From positions 73,036,285 through 73,074,824 of the forward strand of contig NC_068985.1 of assembly GCF_001194135.2 (NCBI RefSeq): a stretch of 38,540 nt of DNA, read 5' to 3'. Positions 24,891-36,449 of this stretch are shown piece after piece (position 1 is the first letter of the stretch; the number at the start of each line of letters is the position of its first letter). The notes below the pieces were generated by a model. That model was not told where the DNA came from. It made no database searches and was given only the letters and a program-made list of their open reading frames with translations. This DNA is from Octopus bimaculoides (lineage: Eukaryota). A program made the position numbers and the translations under genes.

Positions 24891-25039
24891 TCTTCTTCTT
24901 CTTCTTCTTCTTCTTCTTCTTCTTCTTCTTCTTCTTCTTCTTCTTCTTCTTCTTCTTCTTCTTCTTCTTCTTCTTCTTCTTCTTCTTCTTCTTCTTCTTC
25001 TTCTTCTTCTTCTTCTTCTACTACTACTACTACTACTAC
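24891..25039. repeat. Compound (TTC)~42 + (CTA)~7 microsatellite
   Basis: Directly visible; explains the poly-F, poly-S and poly-R ORFs. Confidence 0.97.
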
Positions 25040-25221
25040 AAATACATTTCATTGATATAACAGCATTCATCATCTATCCATATCACATGTCAACACCAGC
25101 AACGTCACCTCTTTTACATGCATCAGCTGCTGTTGTTTAGGCCAACCGCAATCTAAGCTCACCTGTACTTTGATAAGTATGTATTATTCTGACAATACCT
25201 GAAAGCGTGTAATAGTATGTT

Positions 25222-25450
25222 ATTTCTTTACTACCCACAAGGGGCTACACACAGAGGGGACAAACAAGGACAGACAAACGGATTAAATCGATTATATCGA
25301 CCCCAGTGCGTAACTGGTACTTATTTAATCGACCCCGAAAGGATGAAAGGCAAAGTCGACCTCGGCGGAATTTGAACTCAGAACGTAGCGGGCAGACGAA
25401 ATACCGCTAAGGATTTCGCCCGGTGTGCTAACGGTTCTGCCAGCTCGCCG
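25222..25450 (-). mobile_element. SINE family B variant with a different 3' tail
   Basis: Well-preserved body aatcgaccccgaaaggatgaaaggcaaagtcgacctcggcggaatttgaactcagaacg. The tail ctacccacaaggggctacacacagaggggacaaac differs from the other B copies. Confidence 0.85.
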
Positions 25451-26049
25451 TGTAATAGTGTGTGCGTGCGTGCTCGTGCATGCGTGCGTGCGTACGTGTG
25501 CAGACACACACATATATGCGTGTAACTATTATTGCTATTCAGATACAAGCCTTGACTCCAGGAAAGCCAGATATAAATTAACGACACTGTCCGAAAATTG
25601 GTACAAATGAATCCAAAGACCCAGTCTTCGGCAGTATGCTATAGCTAGAAGAATAAATATGGTCTCCATAAATATACTGATAGACATTGAAGTACAGGAA
25701 ATTGTCACCGACATTGAGCTAGATTGTTAAAAATCTGTACTCGGAGCTGCTATTTGTCCATTTGCCTACAAAAAAGTAGCAAACTATATAATCTAGTCGA
25801 TAAGGGATTGATCCATCAACTTATGTAATGTAAATCCAATCGTTTTGGAGATGGTACTTAACATTACACTATGTCAGTTCAATCAACTGTAAGATAAACA
25901 GATTAGAATATCTGGAAACATTCTTAATGTTTAATGTCTACCTATTGAATGTGCTATTTCTAAGTAAATCATGCGCATGGTTTCTTTTAACTTTAGATTC
26001 ACTAATGAAGCTCAAGTTACAACCGGATGCACAGATTGTACATCTGTGA

Positions 26050-27400
26050 TGTTTCAGATGTGTTTCATAGATAGAAATTCAGTAACGTGTATCAAGTAAA
26101 GTCACTTAGTGATTGTTAGTAAGGTCGGTTGTTAATGGTCAGTTTTGGTTACAAATACAAAGCTTCAGTAAAAGAAGGTGTTTATTCATCTACAAGAGAG
26201 GCTGCTCCACACGGTTCGTATGCGGGAATTTGAAATATGTGATACTTGATTCGGGATGTGTAACCAGGTTAAAGTTTTCCAAGAGGAATACATGCTTGTG
26301 GCGACAATGTCTCGGATTTTCTATTGAGGGATATCGTAGGCTGCTTTAGAGCCTGAAACTTTTCAGATACGCGAAGTTTACCGCTACGAAACCTAATGGA
26401 ATATGAAGTGGCTCTCTCGATAATATTCCAAATTATTGCAGGTTGATAATGTTTGTGCCTAAGCTCCCCGATAACAGAGGGAGGTAGAACTTTGCCTATA
26501 CCAAAAAGTGAGACACAATTCTTTTTGAATCAATAGAGAATTGTAATGTTTTAATAATGACTTTCTGGCATTCACCACTATGCTAATGCTTCCTGAGGCT
26601 CAGTCAGGGCTTTCATGAAGTGGATTGTGCTACAAAAATATATAAAACTATAATATCGAAATAGAGAAATGTGTAGGCTGCTTTATTTTCAAAGTCGTGG
26701 AATCCGTTGACGACTTCAATATTGTTATTGCATTGATCTAATCCTGTCACTTTTCTAAGTTTGAGGTAAGTAGCGCTGAAAATGCGCTTATATACTAACA
26801 CTAAATTGAAGTGATTGATTAACCCACATTTGGCAATGGAAAGGAAGTCACTTTTGTGATCAATTAGAATTTTGGAAAGGGGTCGCATGAGGCAGGCCAT
26901 ACAGTCTTCTCTATTCGCTACTCTCTTTACTTTAGTGATTATGGTATTGTATGTTAAAAGATTGGCGCTTTTGTGTATTTTTTCTAATATTGTTTGGGAG
27001 GGAGCTTTGTGTACATTGCCGTGCTTGGCTCATACATGCTTTTTTTCTGCCTGTAAGAAACTTGGGACTGTGTAAAGGGTTTCATTGTTGATACTTTTGG
27101 GGAAGAACTGATTGCATGTGAAAATTTTACGCTTTTATCAGATTTATGCAGTCGTGAAGTATTCAATGTGAAGTGTTCAAGTTCTTTCATTGGAAAAAAG
27201 GTGGGAAAATTTTACATTTTAAATACCTATTTACATACAGGTGTTCTGGTAGTCCCTTGATTATGGAAGAAGTGTTCCCAGCGTGATTACACCTGTCGCT
27301 ATCTAGGTAACATGTAGTTCTTAGATAAGAGTTTGCTGTTCAAGGAATAAAAGATGGAATGCTTTTCCAATTTCAAATACTGGATAAGTTTGTGAATAGG
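26050..27400 (-). mobile_element. Decayed Penelope-like element, RT region (possibly Naiad-type)
   Basis: ILIDHKSDFLSIAKCGLINH (cf. TLKDHK.NF...PKCRLINP) and LRKVTGLDQCNNNIEVVNGFHDFENKAAYTFLYFDII (cf. LNQW.NT..VI.WF..I..K..F..FDI..FYPSI). No GIY-YIG domain is visible. Confidence 0.75.
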
Positions 27401-28199
27401 GGTTAGTAAAAACTTGAGATGGCACAAAGTCCATCCATCCATCCATCCATCCATCAAGTCATCTGTCAGTACGTAGTATTTTTTAAAAATTTTAATTGTT
27501 TCTGTCATTTTGCGAGCGTGTACAGGCTCAGTCTTGAAGATTTTACGCAATCAAATCTCCCTATACGACGGCTTTCCGTGCAGGTGTTTTTTTTTTCGCA
27601 AAAGTCACTTACAAAGCATTTCAAGTTCTACGGGACTTAGAGAGAGAACTCGAAATAATAATTTTTGGAACGGTGAAACTCGAAGCAAATTAAGTTGTAA
27701 ATAATGACGCATACACATTGAGTTAAAAATCTTTGGATAGAAGAAATCGAATATGGCTTTCCCAATTCAATGTTTATACGCTATTATTTATTAGCTTTAA
27801 CCACTTCGAGTTTCACCCTCCAACAAAAAAATTATTTCACGTTCTCTCGAAGTTTCTAAATTCGAAGTTCCTAAATTCTTATCGTGTCAAACGACATACA
27901 ATTTCCGCTGGTAAGAATAAAGTTTCAAAATGGATAAACAAATTCTAAAGATTGACTTGGTCCAATGGTTGAACGTCTGTCATGTTTACCGGGGGTGTAG
28001 GTATACATACACCTCCACACGCCCACACAGCATCACGACAATCGGGATTGCTTCTCGGAGCTGAGGTGCGGCCCATCCAACTGGACACTGCCCCCAGACC
28101 AGTTCAGCAGCCTGGACTTGTTCGTGCACGACTGCAACGCGCTGGTCAACCTATTCAGTTTTTAAAAAGGATCCCTCCGGACCAACATCACTCGAGCTG

Positions 28200-29414
28200 A
28201 ATCGGTCGCCCTTCGCAGAGTTCGTAGCTGTAACGACATCGTCGTCAAGTCGGCAGATAAAGGTGGAGTAGTGGTGGTGTGGCGTGCGGACCTGTACAAG
28301 GAGGAAGCGTTCCGTCAGCTTCGGAACCCCATATTTTATCGCCTCCTCCCCTCTGACTCCATCCCTCCTACCAGTAGCGTGTGTCCGCTACCATCTATGA
28401 CCACGTCTCCTCTTCTGCCCTCCCCCTACCGCCACCAATCTCATCATCCGAACACCCCGTACCTCCACCATCTATTTCCCAAAATACACAAACCCGACGA
28501 TCCTGGCCGCCCCATTATTTTCGCCTGCAACTGCCACACAAAACTCATTTCCAGATATTTCGACCTCACCCTTTCCACTTTAGTCGCTGTCCTCCCGTCT
28601 CATATATATGACACCAACCATGCCCTTCGCTTCTTCAATTCCTTCTCCTTCCCTCCCGCCCCCTTACACCCCCTTTTCATCATAGACATAAAATCCTTGT
28701 ACACCGTGATCTCTCACAACGACGGCCTCTTAACCCTTCAATACTTCTTCGACTGTTGCCCCAACCCCACACCCAGCTCCTCCACCCTTATCTGCTTAGC
28801 AGTACTCGTCCTCACCCTTAACTGCTTTATGTTCGCAGGAGAGATTTGCCAGAATTTCTGGCATCGCTATGGGAACGAAAACGGGCCCCAATTTTTCTAA
28901 CTTATTTGTTGGTTACGTTGAGGCCCAAATCTTCTCACACTTCTCCGGACCGACCCCAGAGCTATACGGTCGCTATATAGACGACTGTATAGGCGCTACC
29001 TCCCTCTCCCGCCAACAGCTCTCCAATTTCATCTCTTCCATTTCTAACTTCCACCCATCTCTCGAATTCACCTCTACTATTACAGATACTTCAGTAAATT
29101 TCCTCGATATCTCTCTCTCCATTGATCCACTCACCCACTCTCTCACCACCTTCACCTTCTTTGAGCCCACGGACTCCCATTTCTACCTCAACTTTTCCTC
29201 CTTCCATCTCTCCCACACCAAACAGGCCATCCCTTACTCCCAGTTCCTCCGCTTCCGACACCTGTGCAACCGAGACCAGGATTTTGAGACCCAGTCCCAA
29301 TACCTGACCCTTTTGTTCGTGCGTCGCGGGTACCATTCCACCCTTGTCCAAACTGCCCTTACCTGCTCTCGTCAAATCGATTGCACTACCGCCCTCTCTC
29401 CTTCTCTGCACTAA
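28200..29414 (+). pseudogene. Penelope-like reverse transcriptase, frameshifted
   Basis: KSADKGGVVVVW, PKIHKPDDPGRPII, IDIKSLYTVISH.DGL, (frameshift at about 28850) GIAMGTKTGPNFSNLFVGYVE, RYIDD (28971-28985), NFLDISL, AIPYSQFLR. Confidence 0.93.
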
Positions 29415-29609
29415 TCCTCCAACCGCATGCCTTTTCCCCATCTTTTCCTCCCCCACCTACCCCTTCATCGGTACACCCTGAAGGCCTTCCGTCAACTCCG
29501 GCTAGATCCCACCACCCTCCCTATTTTCCCCAACCCACCTTTGTCCTTCAAACGCGCCCGTAACCTGCGAGACCGACTGCTCTCTCCCCACTCCATTCCA
29601 ACTCAACCA

Positions 29610-29910
29610 GGATCCTTCCCTTGCTCCAAATCCCGTTGCCACATCTGTCCTTTTATCATCAAAACCACTTCCCTCACAATCAACACACTTTCTGCATTAA
29701 GAACTCCTTCTCCTGCATTTCTTCAAGCCTCATTTACTGCATCAAGTGCAATCTTTGCAATAAAATTTACATTGGTCAGATGGGCCGCCGACTAGCCGAC
29801 TGGTTCACCGAAAACCTTCGAGACGTTCATCTACGTAAAGACACCAACGTCACCCGTCATTTTCGCTTGGCCAACCGCTCCACCTCCACCGTCTTCGGCC
29901 TTACCCTACA
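29610..29910 (+). pseudogene. GIY-YIG endonuclease domain of the Penelope-like element, frameshifted
   Basis: Upstream CSKSRCHICPF, then SCISSSLIYCIKCNLCNKIYIGQMGRRLADWFTENLRDV..VTRHF (IYC at 29732, YIG at 29768). Confidence 0.92.
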
Positions 29911-30259
29911 CCAGCTCTAGACTCTAGACTCCACTTGGAATAACGTTACATTTTCACTCTACGTACTCAAACTTCTTTCAGACTCAACATAACCTCCTTT
30001 TCTCAGTGACTTTCCCCACACCTCTTAAAAAAAGACATTTTACTCAATCTTTTTCTATTCGTTTATTTCATTATTTCTTATTTTATTTTTTATAATTTTT
30101 ATTTATTTCTGTTACGGATTTTTAATTGATTTTTCTTATTGATTGTTTTTTTTTATTTGTTCCTCATTTATTCACATAATCCTTTTCATTTATTTTTTTA
30201 TTACTAATTTTTATTTTTATTTGTTTATTTGTATTAATTTTATTTTTCAGATTCCTATG

Positions 30260-31317
30260 CTACACCCTACTCCGCATGCGCGCGCGCGCACACGCGCACA
30301 CGCGCACACGCGCAATCCCACGCTCACACTCCCACGCGCACACTCTCACGCCCACACTCACACACGCGCACACACACACGCGCACACACTCAACCGCACG
30401 CGCGCACACACGGACACCCGCATACATAATACTCACAATTTGGCTACACCAACGCACCCATATACACTACACCTCAGGCCTCTCTTCCTCTCACGCACAT
30501 ACACGCTCACACACACACGCACGCACACACCCACATGAACGCACATATACCTCCACACACACAACCCTCCAACCACACAACACGCACAAACAGCGCACAC
30601 TTGTACACATATATACGCACGTACATAGACTTTCACACACACTCGCACGCAGTTAGACACACACACATCCCCACACGCACAAACCTGCATACACACACAT
30701 ATATATATATATATGAGAGAGATAGAGTAACAAAGAGAACACGCACACACGCACCCATATACATGTGCACAGACACATATACACATTCCCACTCCGTCTA
30801 CGGACACATACCAACACATACACACACACATACACAACCACACATACACAACCACACCCACGAACCCACATCCACACCCACAACCACACCACTCATTCAC
30901 ACAGCCACACCCACCCATTCTCATACTACTTCTGACTCATTATCGAGCCTTCCATCTACGCACTCATGCAAACACGCACGCACACACACACACAAACACA
31001 CACACACACACACACACTTCCACACACCCCTTCACACACCTGTCACTATAGCTGCTGACCTCTCAGAGCGACATTAACACACACGCACACAGATCCTACC
31101 ACACACATGCACACATACACACACACAGACTGCTCACACAAATGCAAACATATACACATAGTTAATACCACAGACACACACACATACGCTACCGCACACA
31201 CACCACACACGCCACATACACAGTTACCATCACATGCACACACAGACACGCAGTTACTGCCACACAGACACGCTACCATACATACACATGCTACCACATA
31301 CACGCACACACATGCTA

Positions 31318-31360
<43 letters not shown>

Positions 31361-31370
31361 TACTCATACC
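30260..31370. repeat. Long degenerate CA-rich low-complexity tract
   Basis: Directly visible; explains the HT/VC-rich ORFs. Confidence 0.9.
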
Positions 31371-31515
31371 GACCATCTTCACACTCTCCTGATACCTGAA
31401 TGCACTTTCTCTTCATTCCTTCTACTTTTGGTCACTTCAGAAATGTAAACGTCCATGGATTGTTGGCGAGTTTTTCCTCCTTCTTCCTTCTTCTCCTTGG
31501 ACTTTCCTGTTTTTT

Positions 31516-31553
31516 CGGTTTTCGATGAAGAGCAATGCTCGAAACGTAAACCA
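31516..31553 (+). ncRNA. Degenerate minimal type I hammerhead ribozyme-like motif (PLE-associated)
   Basis: GGUU-uUC-GAUGA-A-GAGC(AAU)GCUC-GAAAC-GUA-AACC. Helix II is perfect, GAAA is present, helix III is the palindrome ACGU, and helix I is GGUU/AACC. Core positions 3-4 read UC instead of CU. Confidence 0.5.
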
Positions 31554-31653
31554 ACAACTCTCTTCTTTCTCTGAGCGTCTTATTAATATATTGCTTCTGC
31601 TATGTCCTAACGTTTATTTGTTTTGTCTTTTTCTCTGTTTTCTTTTAAATTGA

Positions 31654-31688
<35 letters not shown>

Positions 31689-31729
31689 TATGTGTGGGTG
31701 GGTGGGTGTTTAGTAGTGTCATCTAATAC

Positions 31730-31890
31730 TGGGGTTTCAAATTTAGGTACATGGACAGCAACTGGTACTTATTTTATCGACCCCGAAAGGATGAAAGGAA
31801 AGTTGGCTTCGGCGGAATTTGAACTCAGAACGTGAAGACGGACGAAATGTCTCTAAGCATTTTGCCCAGCATGATAATGATTCTAACAGC
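31730..31890 (-). mobile_element. SINE family B copy
   Basis: aactggtacttattttatcgaccccgaaaggatgaaagg..gcggaatttgaactcagaacgtgaagacggacgaaatg. Confidence 0.85.
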
Positions 31891-32629
31891 TTACAACCTT
31901 AGCGTCATCTAATATTAATATCCATAAACATAAGACATGCTAAGTGTATTTCCTGACAATCNNNNNNNNNNNNNNNNNNNNNNNNNNNNNNNNNNNNNNN
32001 NNNNNNNNNNNNNNNNNNNNNNNNNNNNNNNNNNNNNNNNNNNNNNNNNNNNNNNNNNNNNNNNNNNNNNNNNNNNNNNNNNNNNNNNNNNNNNNNNNNN
32101 NNNNNNNNNNNNNNNNNNNNNNNNNNNNNNNNNAGAAGCTTCCCAAACTTCATTTCCTGAACAACACAAAGATATTATTCAGGAAGATCTATACTACAAA
32201 CTTTATGATGAAAACGGAAAAGCGTAATCAAGCGAATAATCTGGAAAACATTCTGCGAAGAAGAAGCTACCGGAACACCTGCAAGCAATTATTCAGAGGT
32301 ACACTAATACCATAAATTTCAAAGGACTAAGGAGCCTTTAACACAAAACTGTAAGGGTTTCACACTTGGGGACAATAAAAGAACATGCACGAAATGGACA
32401 CCGTATCGTACATCAAGTTTCTTGCTAACAACATTATAAAAGTACATGTATTCAGTTAAACATCTAGATATAGTGGAAACAACCGAATCTACATGTGTGA
32501 ATTGTGCAATGTAAGTTGTAAAATAAATATCTGGAAGCTGGAGTCATGTAGATATCTTAATTTTAATACCTGTATGTACAGGTTCTGTTATTTCTTGTAT
32601 ATGTAAACGTGTATATATATATATTTATA

Positions 32630-32698
<69 letters not shown>

Positions 32699-32832
32699 GG
32701 AGAGAGATTGTGTTGTTTCCAGAGCCTTGTGAGTGGATTTATATTTACATAATACATACATACATACATACATACGTACACGCGCGCGCGCACTCGCACA
32801 CACGCACACACACACACACACACACATACACA

Positions 32833-33157
32833 CGAGGGTGAGTCAAAAAGTAATGCTATTTTGTTTAAGACACGTATAATTACCAACACAAGAACATGTA
32901 TCATACATCAAAATGAAGCTGGTCCTCTGTGGATCACATCCCTACTTCTCAACATAGTCACCGTTTCTCTCAATAGCAATATTCTACCTTCGGATGAAAG
33001 CATGTATTCCTGCTCCGTAAAATTCTGTTGACTGTTCTTTGAGTCACTTCTTCACTACAGTTTTCACTTCCTCGTCACTGGACTATCATCGTCACTGGAC
33101 GATCAGCTTCTCTTCGGCCCCATGAAAGACGGTTTGAGAGGCAAACATTATTCCAGT
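32833..33157 (-). mobile_element. Mariner 3' end (TIR and transposase C-terminus) with an inverted internal segment
   Basis: TIR cgagggtgagtcaaaaagt. The - strand reads DEEVKTVVKK*LKEQSTEFYGAGIHAFIRR*NIAIERNGDYVEK* (33076-32942). The preceding segment DQLLFGPMKDGLRGKHYSS lies on the + strand (33101-33157). Confidence 0.88.
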
Positions 33158-34095
33158 CGGCTTATGGGAATACCTTAGGTTTCCCGTCCATAAAGGGTTT
33201 AGTGTTATGGCGTATCGTCAGATCCCAACAACCTTTTGGCCCAAGACCTCTTAAAATATGGAGGAGGAAATGCCTCCATATTTTTTCGTCCTCCATATTT
33301 TTAAGNNNNNNNNNNNNNNNNNNNNNNNNNNNNNNNNNNNNNNNNNNNNNNNNNNNNNNNNNNNNNNNNNNNNNNNNNNNNNNNNNNNNNNNNNNNNNNN
33401 NNNNNNNNNNNNNNNNNNNNNNNNNNNNNNNNNNNNNNNNNNNNNNNNNNNNNNNNNNNNNNNNNNNNNNNNNNNNNNNNNNNNNNNNNNNNNNNNNNNN
33501 NNNNNNNNNNNNNNNNNNNNNNNNNNNNNNNNNNNNNNNNNNNNNNNNNNNNNNNNNNNNNNNNNNNNNNNNNNNNNNNNNNNNNNNNNNNNNNNNNNNN
33601 NNNNNNNNNNNNNNNNNNNNNNNNNNNNNNNNNNNNNNNNNNNNNNNNNNNNNNNNNNNNNNNNNNNNNNNNNNNNNNNNNNNNNNNNNNNNNNNNNNNN
33701 NNNNNNNNNNNNNNNNNNNNNNNNNNNNNNNNNNNNNNNNNNNNNNNNNNNNNNNNNNNNNNNNNNNNNNNNNNNNNNNNNNNNNNNNNNNNNNNNNNNN
33801 NNNNNNNNNNNNNNNNNNNNNNNNNNNNNNNNNNNNNNNNNNNNNNNNNNNNNNNNNNNNNNNNNNNNNNNNNNNNNNNNNNNNNNNNNNNNNNNNNNNN
33901 NNNNNNNNNNNNNNNNNNNNNNNNNNNNNNNNNNNNNNNNNNNNNNNNNNNNNNNNNNNNNNNNNNNNNNNNNNNNNNNNNNNNNNNNNNNNNNNNNNNN
34001 NNNNNNNNNNNNNNNNNNATATATATATATACATATATATATACATACATACATACATATATGTATATATATACATATATACATACATACATACA

Positions 34096-34131
<36 letters not shown>

Positions 34132-34137
34132 TATATA

Positions 34138-34275
34138 TTAGGTCGTCAAGTATGAAATTTGTAGAAAAGTAAAGAAAGTTAGCTCATGTTTTATAAATAC
34201 AAGGAATAACTTTATCCATCAAAGTATGCACCCATATTGTCAATACACGTTTGCCATTTCAGCGGTATCTTGTCC
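34138..34275 (-). mobile_element. Second mariner 3' end fragment, different family
   Basis: TA plus a ttaggtcg.. terminus; the - strand reads KWQTCIDNMGAYFDG* (cf. RWQKCI..NG.YF). Confidence 0.8.
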
Positions 34276-34289
34276 AGCCCGGAATGTAT

Positions 34290-35666
34290 GAGGTAGCAAA
34301 AGACATGAAGTGCCTTATACAGAACAGTAGGGAATGTTGGAGAACTGAATTGATAGCAGGGAATCAGGTATTAGAAATGAAAGTTATGAGAGGAATCTTC
34401 TAGTGGGAGAGTGTATCTCCATGTGTCCTTGGGTTGGGAATAATCCTCTTGAGTGAAATATTGTAGAAGTTGGGGTATGATTTGAGAAGTGGTAAGGGAA
34501 AGCTTAATTACCTGCTATTCATGGACGATTTAAGCTTTTTCACAAAAAGTGAGACAGAAATGGACAGTCTAGTCCAGTCCGTGCAGATTTTCTTCAATGA
34601 TACTAAGATGGTGTTTAGACTTTCAAAATGTGCTGCGATGGTGACGGGATGAGTAATGTTTGTTAGAACAGAAGGTATATATATGCCAAGTAGTGAAATG
34701 ATGAAGGCAATTGAACCTGAATCTGGATATGAATACCTGGGAATTTGAGGTAGATGGAATTAAGCATAATGATATGAAAGAAAAGACAATGAAAGTGTAT
34801 CTGCGGCGATTGAGAAAAATATTGTATTCAAAGTTGAATGCCAGAAGCATAGTTTTGGCAATAAGCTTGCGCGCAGTCGCAGTGGTTCGGTATGGCGCTG
34901 GAATTCTGAAGTGGACAGAAGAATGGTTGAAGAAGAGAACACTGAAAAAAAAAAAAAAAGAGACCGAGAGCATATCACTGGCAGTGCAAGACCAAGCTTT
35001 GACCACAAATTGAGGATTGAGCAAGTGTCTCCATTGTGCCGAATCTGTAATAGAGATGATGAAATCATTGTCCATTTCGTGAAAGGATGCCTTCGATTTG
35101 CCCCAAACCGTTACAAGTTGTGGCGACACACTGAGGTAGCGAAAGTACTATTATTGGAAACTTTGTGATAAGAGGGGGCTAGAGAAAGAGAGAGGTAGGA
35201 CGTGGTATGAGCATGAACCACTGAGAGTGGCGGAGTTTGAAACCTGGGAAACCCAGTAGTGTTTGAGACCAGGTGCTTGAGCACAACAAGTGAGACCTAG
35301 TGGTGGTGAACAAAGTGAATCACATGTGCTCTACAACTGATGCTGCATGCCCCTTTGACACGCGAATAGTCAAGAAGGAAGACGAAACATAAACTTATAA
35401 AACTCTGTTAAATACGAGATTGCTCGACTGTGGAAAATGAAGGTGAATAGTGCCTATTGTTGTTGGGCATCAAAAGGAATATAAAGGGAATCAGAATAGA
35501 GAGTCCAGTAGAACTGTTCCAAAAGATTTACCTCCTTGGCATGGCCAGACTCATCAGGGAAATATTAGACAGTTGAAAAGAACGAATAGCATGGTAACGT
35601 AGGCTGCAGGTAGCAAGCCCGCTATGCATGTAAGACTTCATGAATTCCAACAAAACCTGGGTTAAG

Positions 35667-35715
<49 letters not shown>
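34290..35715 (+). mobile_element. R4/Dong-like RLE non-LTR retrotransposon fragment 1 (RT, CCHC knuckle, REL endonuclease, (TAA)n tail)
   Basis: MRGIF, LNYLLFMDDL (34503), FRLSKCA, YLRRLRKILYSKLN, VRYGAGILKWT, AVQDQALTTN, CRIC...HFVKGC, WYEHEP and LLGMARLIREIL*, followed by a short UTR and (TAA)n. Confidence 0.88.
35667..35715. repeat. (TAA)~16 microsatellite
   Basis: Directly visible between R4-like fragments 1 and 2. Confidence 0.97.
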
Positions 35716-35719
<4 letters not shown>

Positions 35720-36225
35720 CGAAACAATCTCACATATTGTGAGTGAGTGTAACAAGCAGCCCCAAAAGCACTACAAAAGGAAGCACGATAACGTGGTTAA
35801 GTTTGTTCACTGGAAGCTGTGAAAAGTACAGCCTGGACAAAGCACGGAAATGGTACGAACATGAGAACAAGGAATATAAGATACCGTGGGATTTTACAAT
35901 CCTATATGACTACCTAATCGATGCTCGGAGACCAGATATTGTGGTAGATAAAAGAAAAAAAAGGAAACTAAGATTATAGATATTGCAATACCTGTGGATG
36001 CATGCATAAGTAACAAAGAACTAGAAAAGATTGAAAAGTACAGACTACTAAAAGACTAAATCGTAAGTATGTGGACTATGAGGAGAGTGTCTGTTATTTC
36101 AGTAGTTGTAGGGGCACTCAGATGTCAGAGAAATCAGAATTGACATGAGAGCAGAGCAAGCCCCCAAAACTGCTCTGCTGGAGACAGCTAGGATTTTGAG
36201 ATTGGGACTTGGATGTTGAATGTCT
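35716..36225 (+). mobile_element. R4/Dong-like fragment 2 (5'-truncated; knuckle end and REL endonuclease)
   Basis: ETISHIVSEC, HDNVVKFVHWKL/CEKY, KWYEH, PWDFTI, RRPDIVV, IDIAIP.D, KELEKIEKY, KTALLETARILR. Confidence 0.88.
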
Positions 36226-36259
36226 CCCACAATAATTAACAACCAATTATCAAATCTTA

Positions 36260-36303
36260 TAACCCTAACCTTAACCCTAACCCTAACCATAACCCTAACC
36301 CTA
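36260..36303. repeat. Interstitial telomere-like (TAACCC)~7 tract
   Basis: taaccc taacct taaccc taaccc taacca taaccc taaccc. Confidence 0.9.
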
Positions 36304-36382
36304 TGAAAACTCTGAGAGCAGGTTGCTCTCTGCTCTGATAGAATCTACCAGAGCAAACAAGACCGAGTGCTCTGAGAAGTAA

Positions 36383-36411
36383 AACAACAACAACAACGAC
36401 AACAACAACAT

Positions 36412-36446
<35 letters not shown>
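36383..36446. repeat. (CAA)n microsatellite
   Basis: Directly visible. Confidence 0.9.
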
Positions 36447-36449
36447 TTT

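Larger units (their letters stand above)
27990..31640 (+). mobile_element. Penelope-like element (Neptune-type architecture) with RT, GIY-YIG, CA-rich 3' region and terminal region; the 3' boundary is uncertain
   Basis: The coding part is detailed in the next two features. A long CA-rich tract then leads to a GATGA..GAAAC motif typical of PLE pLTR ends. Confidence 0.75.

Noticed and set aside
24743-25073. Poly-F, poly-S and poly-R ORFs
   Set aside because: Translations of the (TTC)n(CTA)n microsatellite.
27500-27950. Recurrent TCGAA/TTCGA words suggesting a pogo-like MITE
   Set aside because: No TIR pair or TA TSD could be delimited.
32134-32400. ORF-like stretch after the gap (…PEHLQAIIQRYTNTINFKGL)
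   Set aside because: Interrupted by stops with no identifiable family motif; probably an old transposon remnant.
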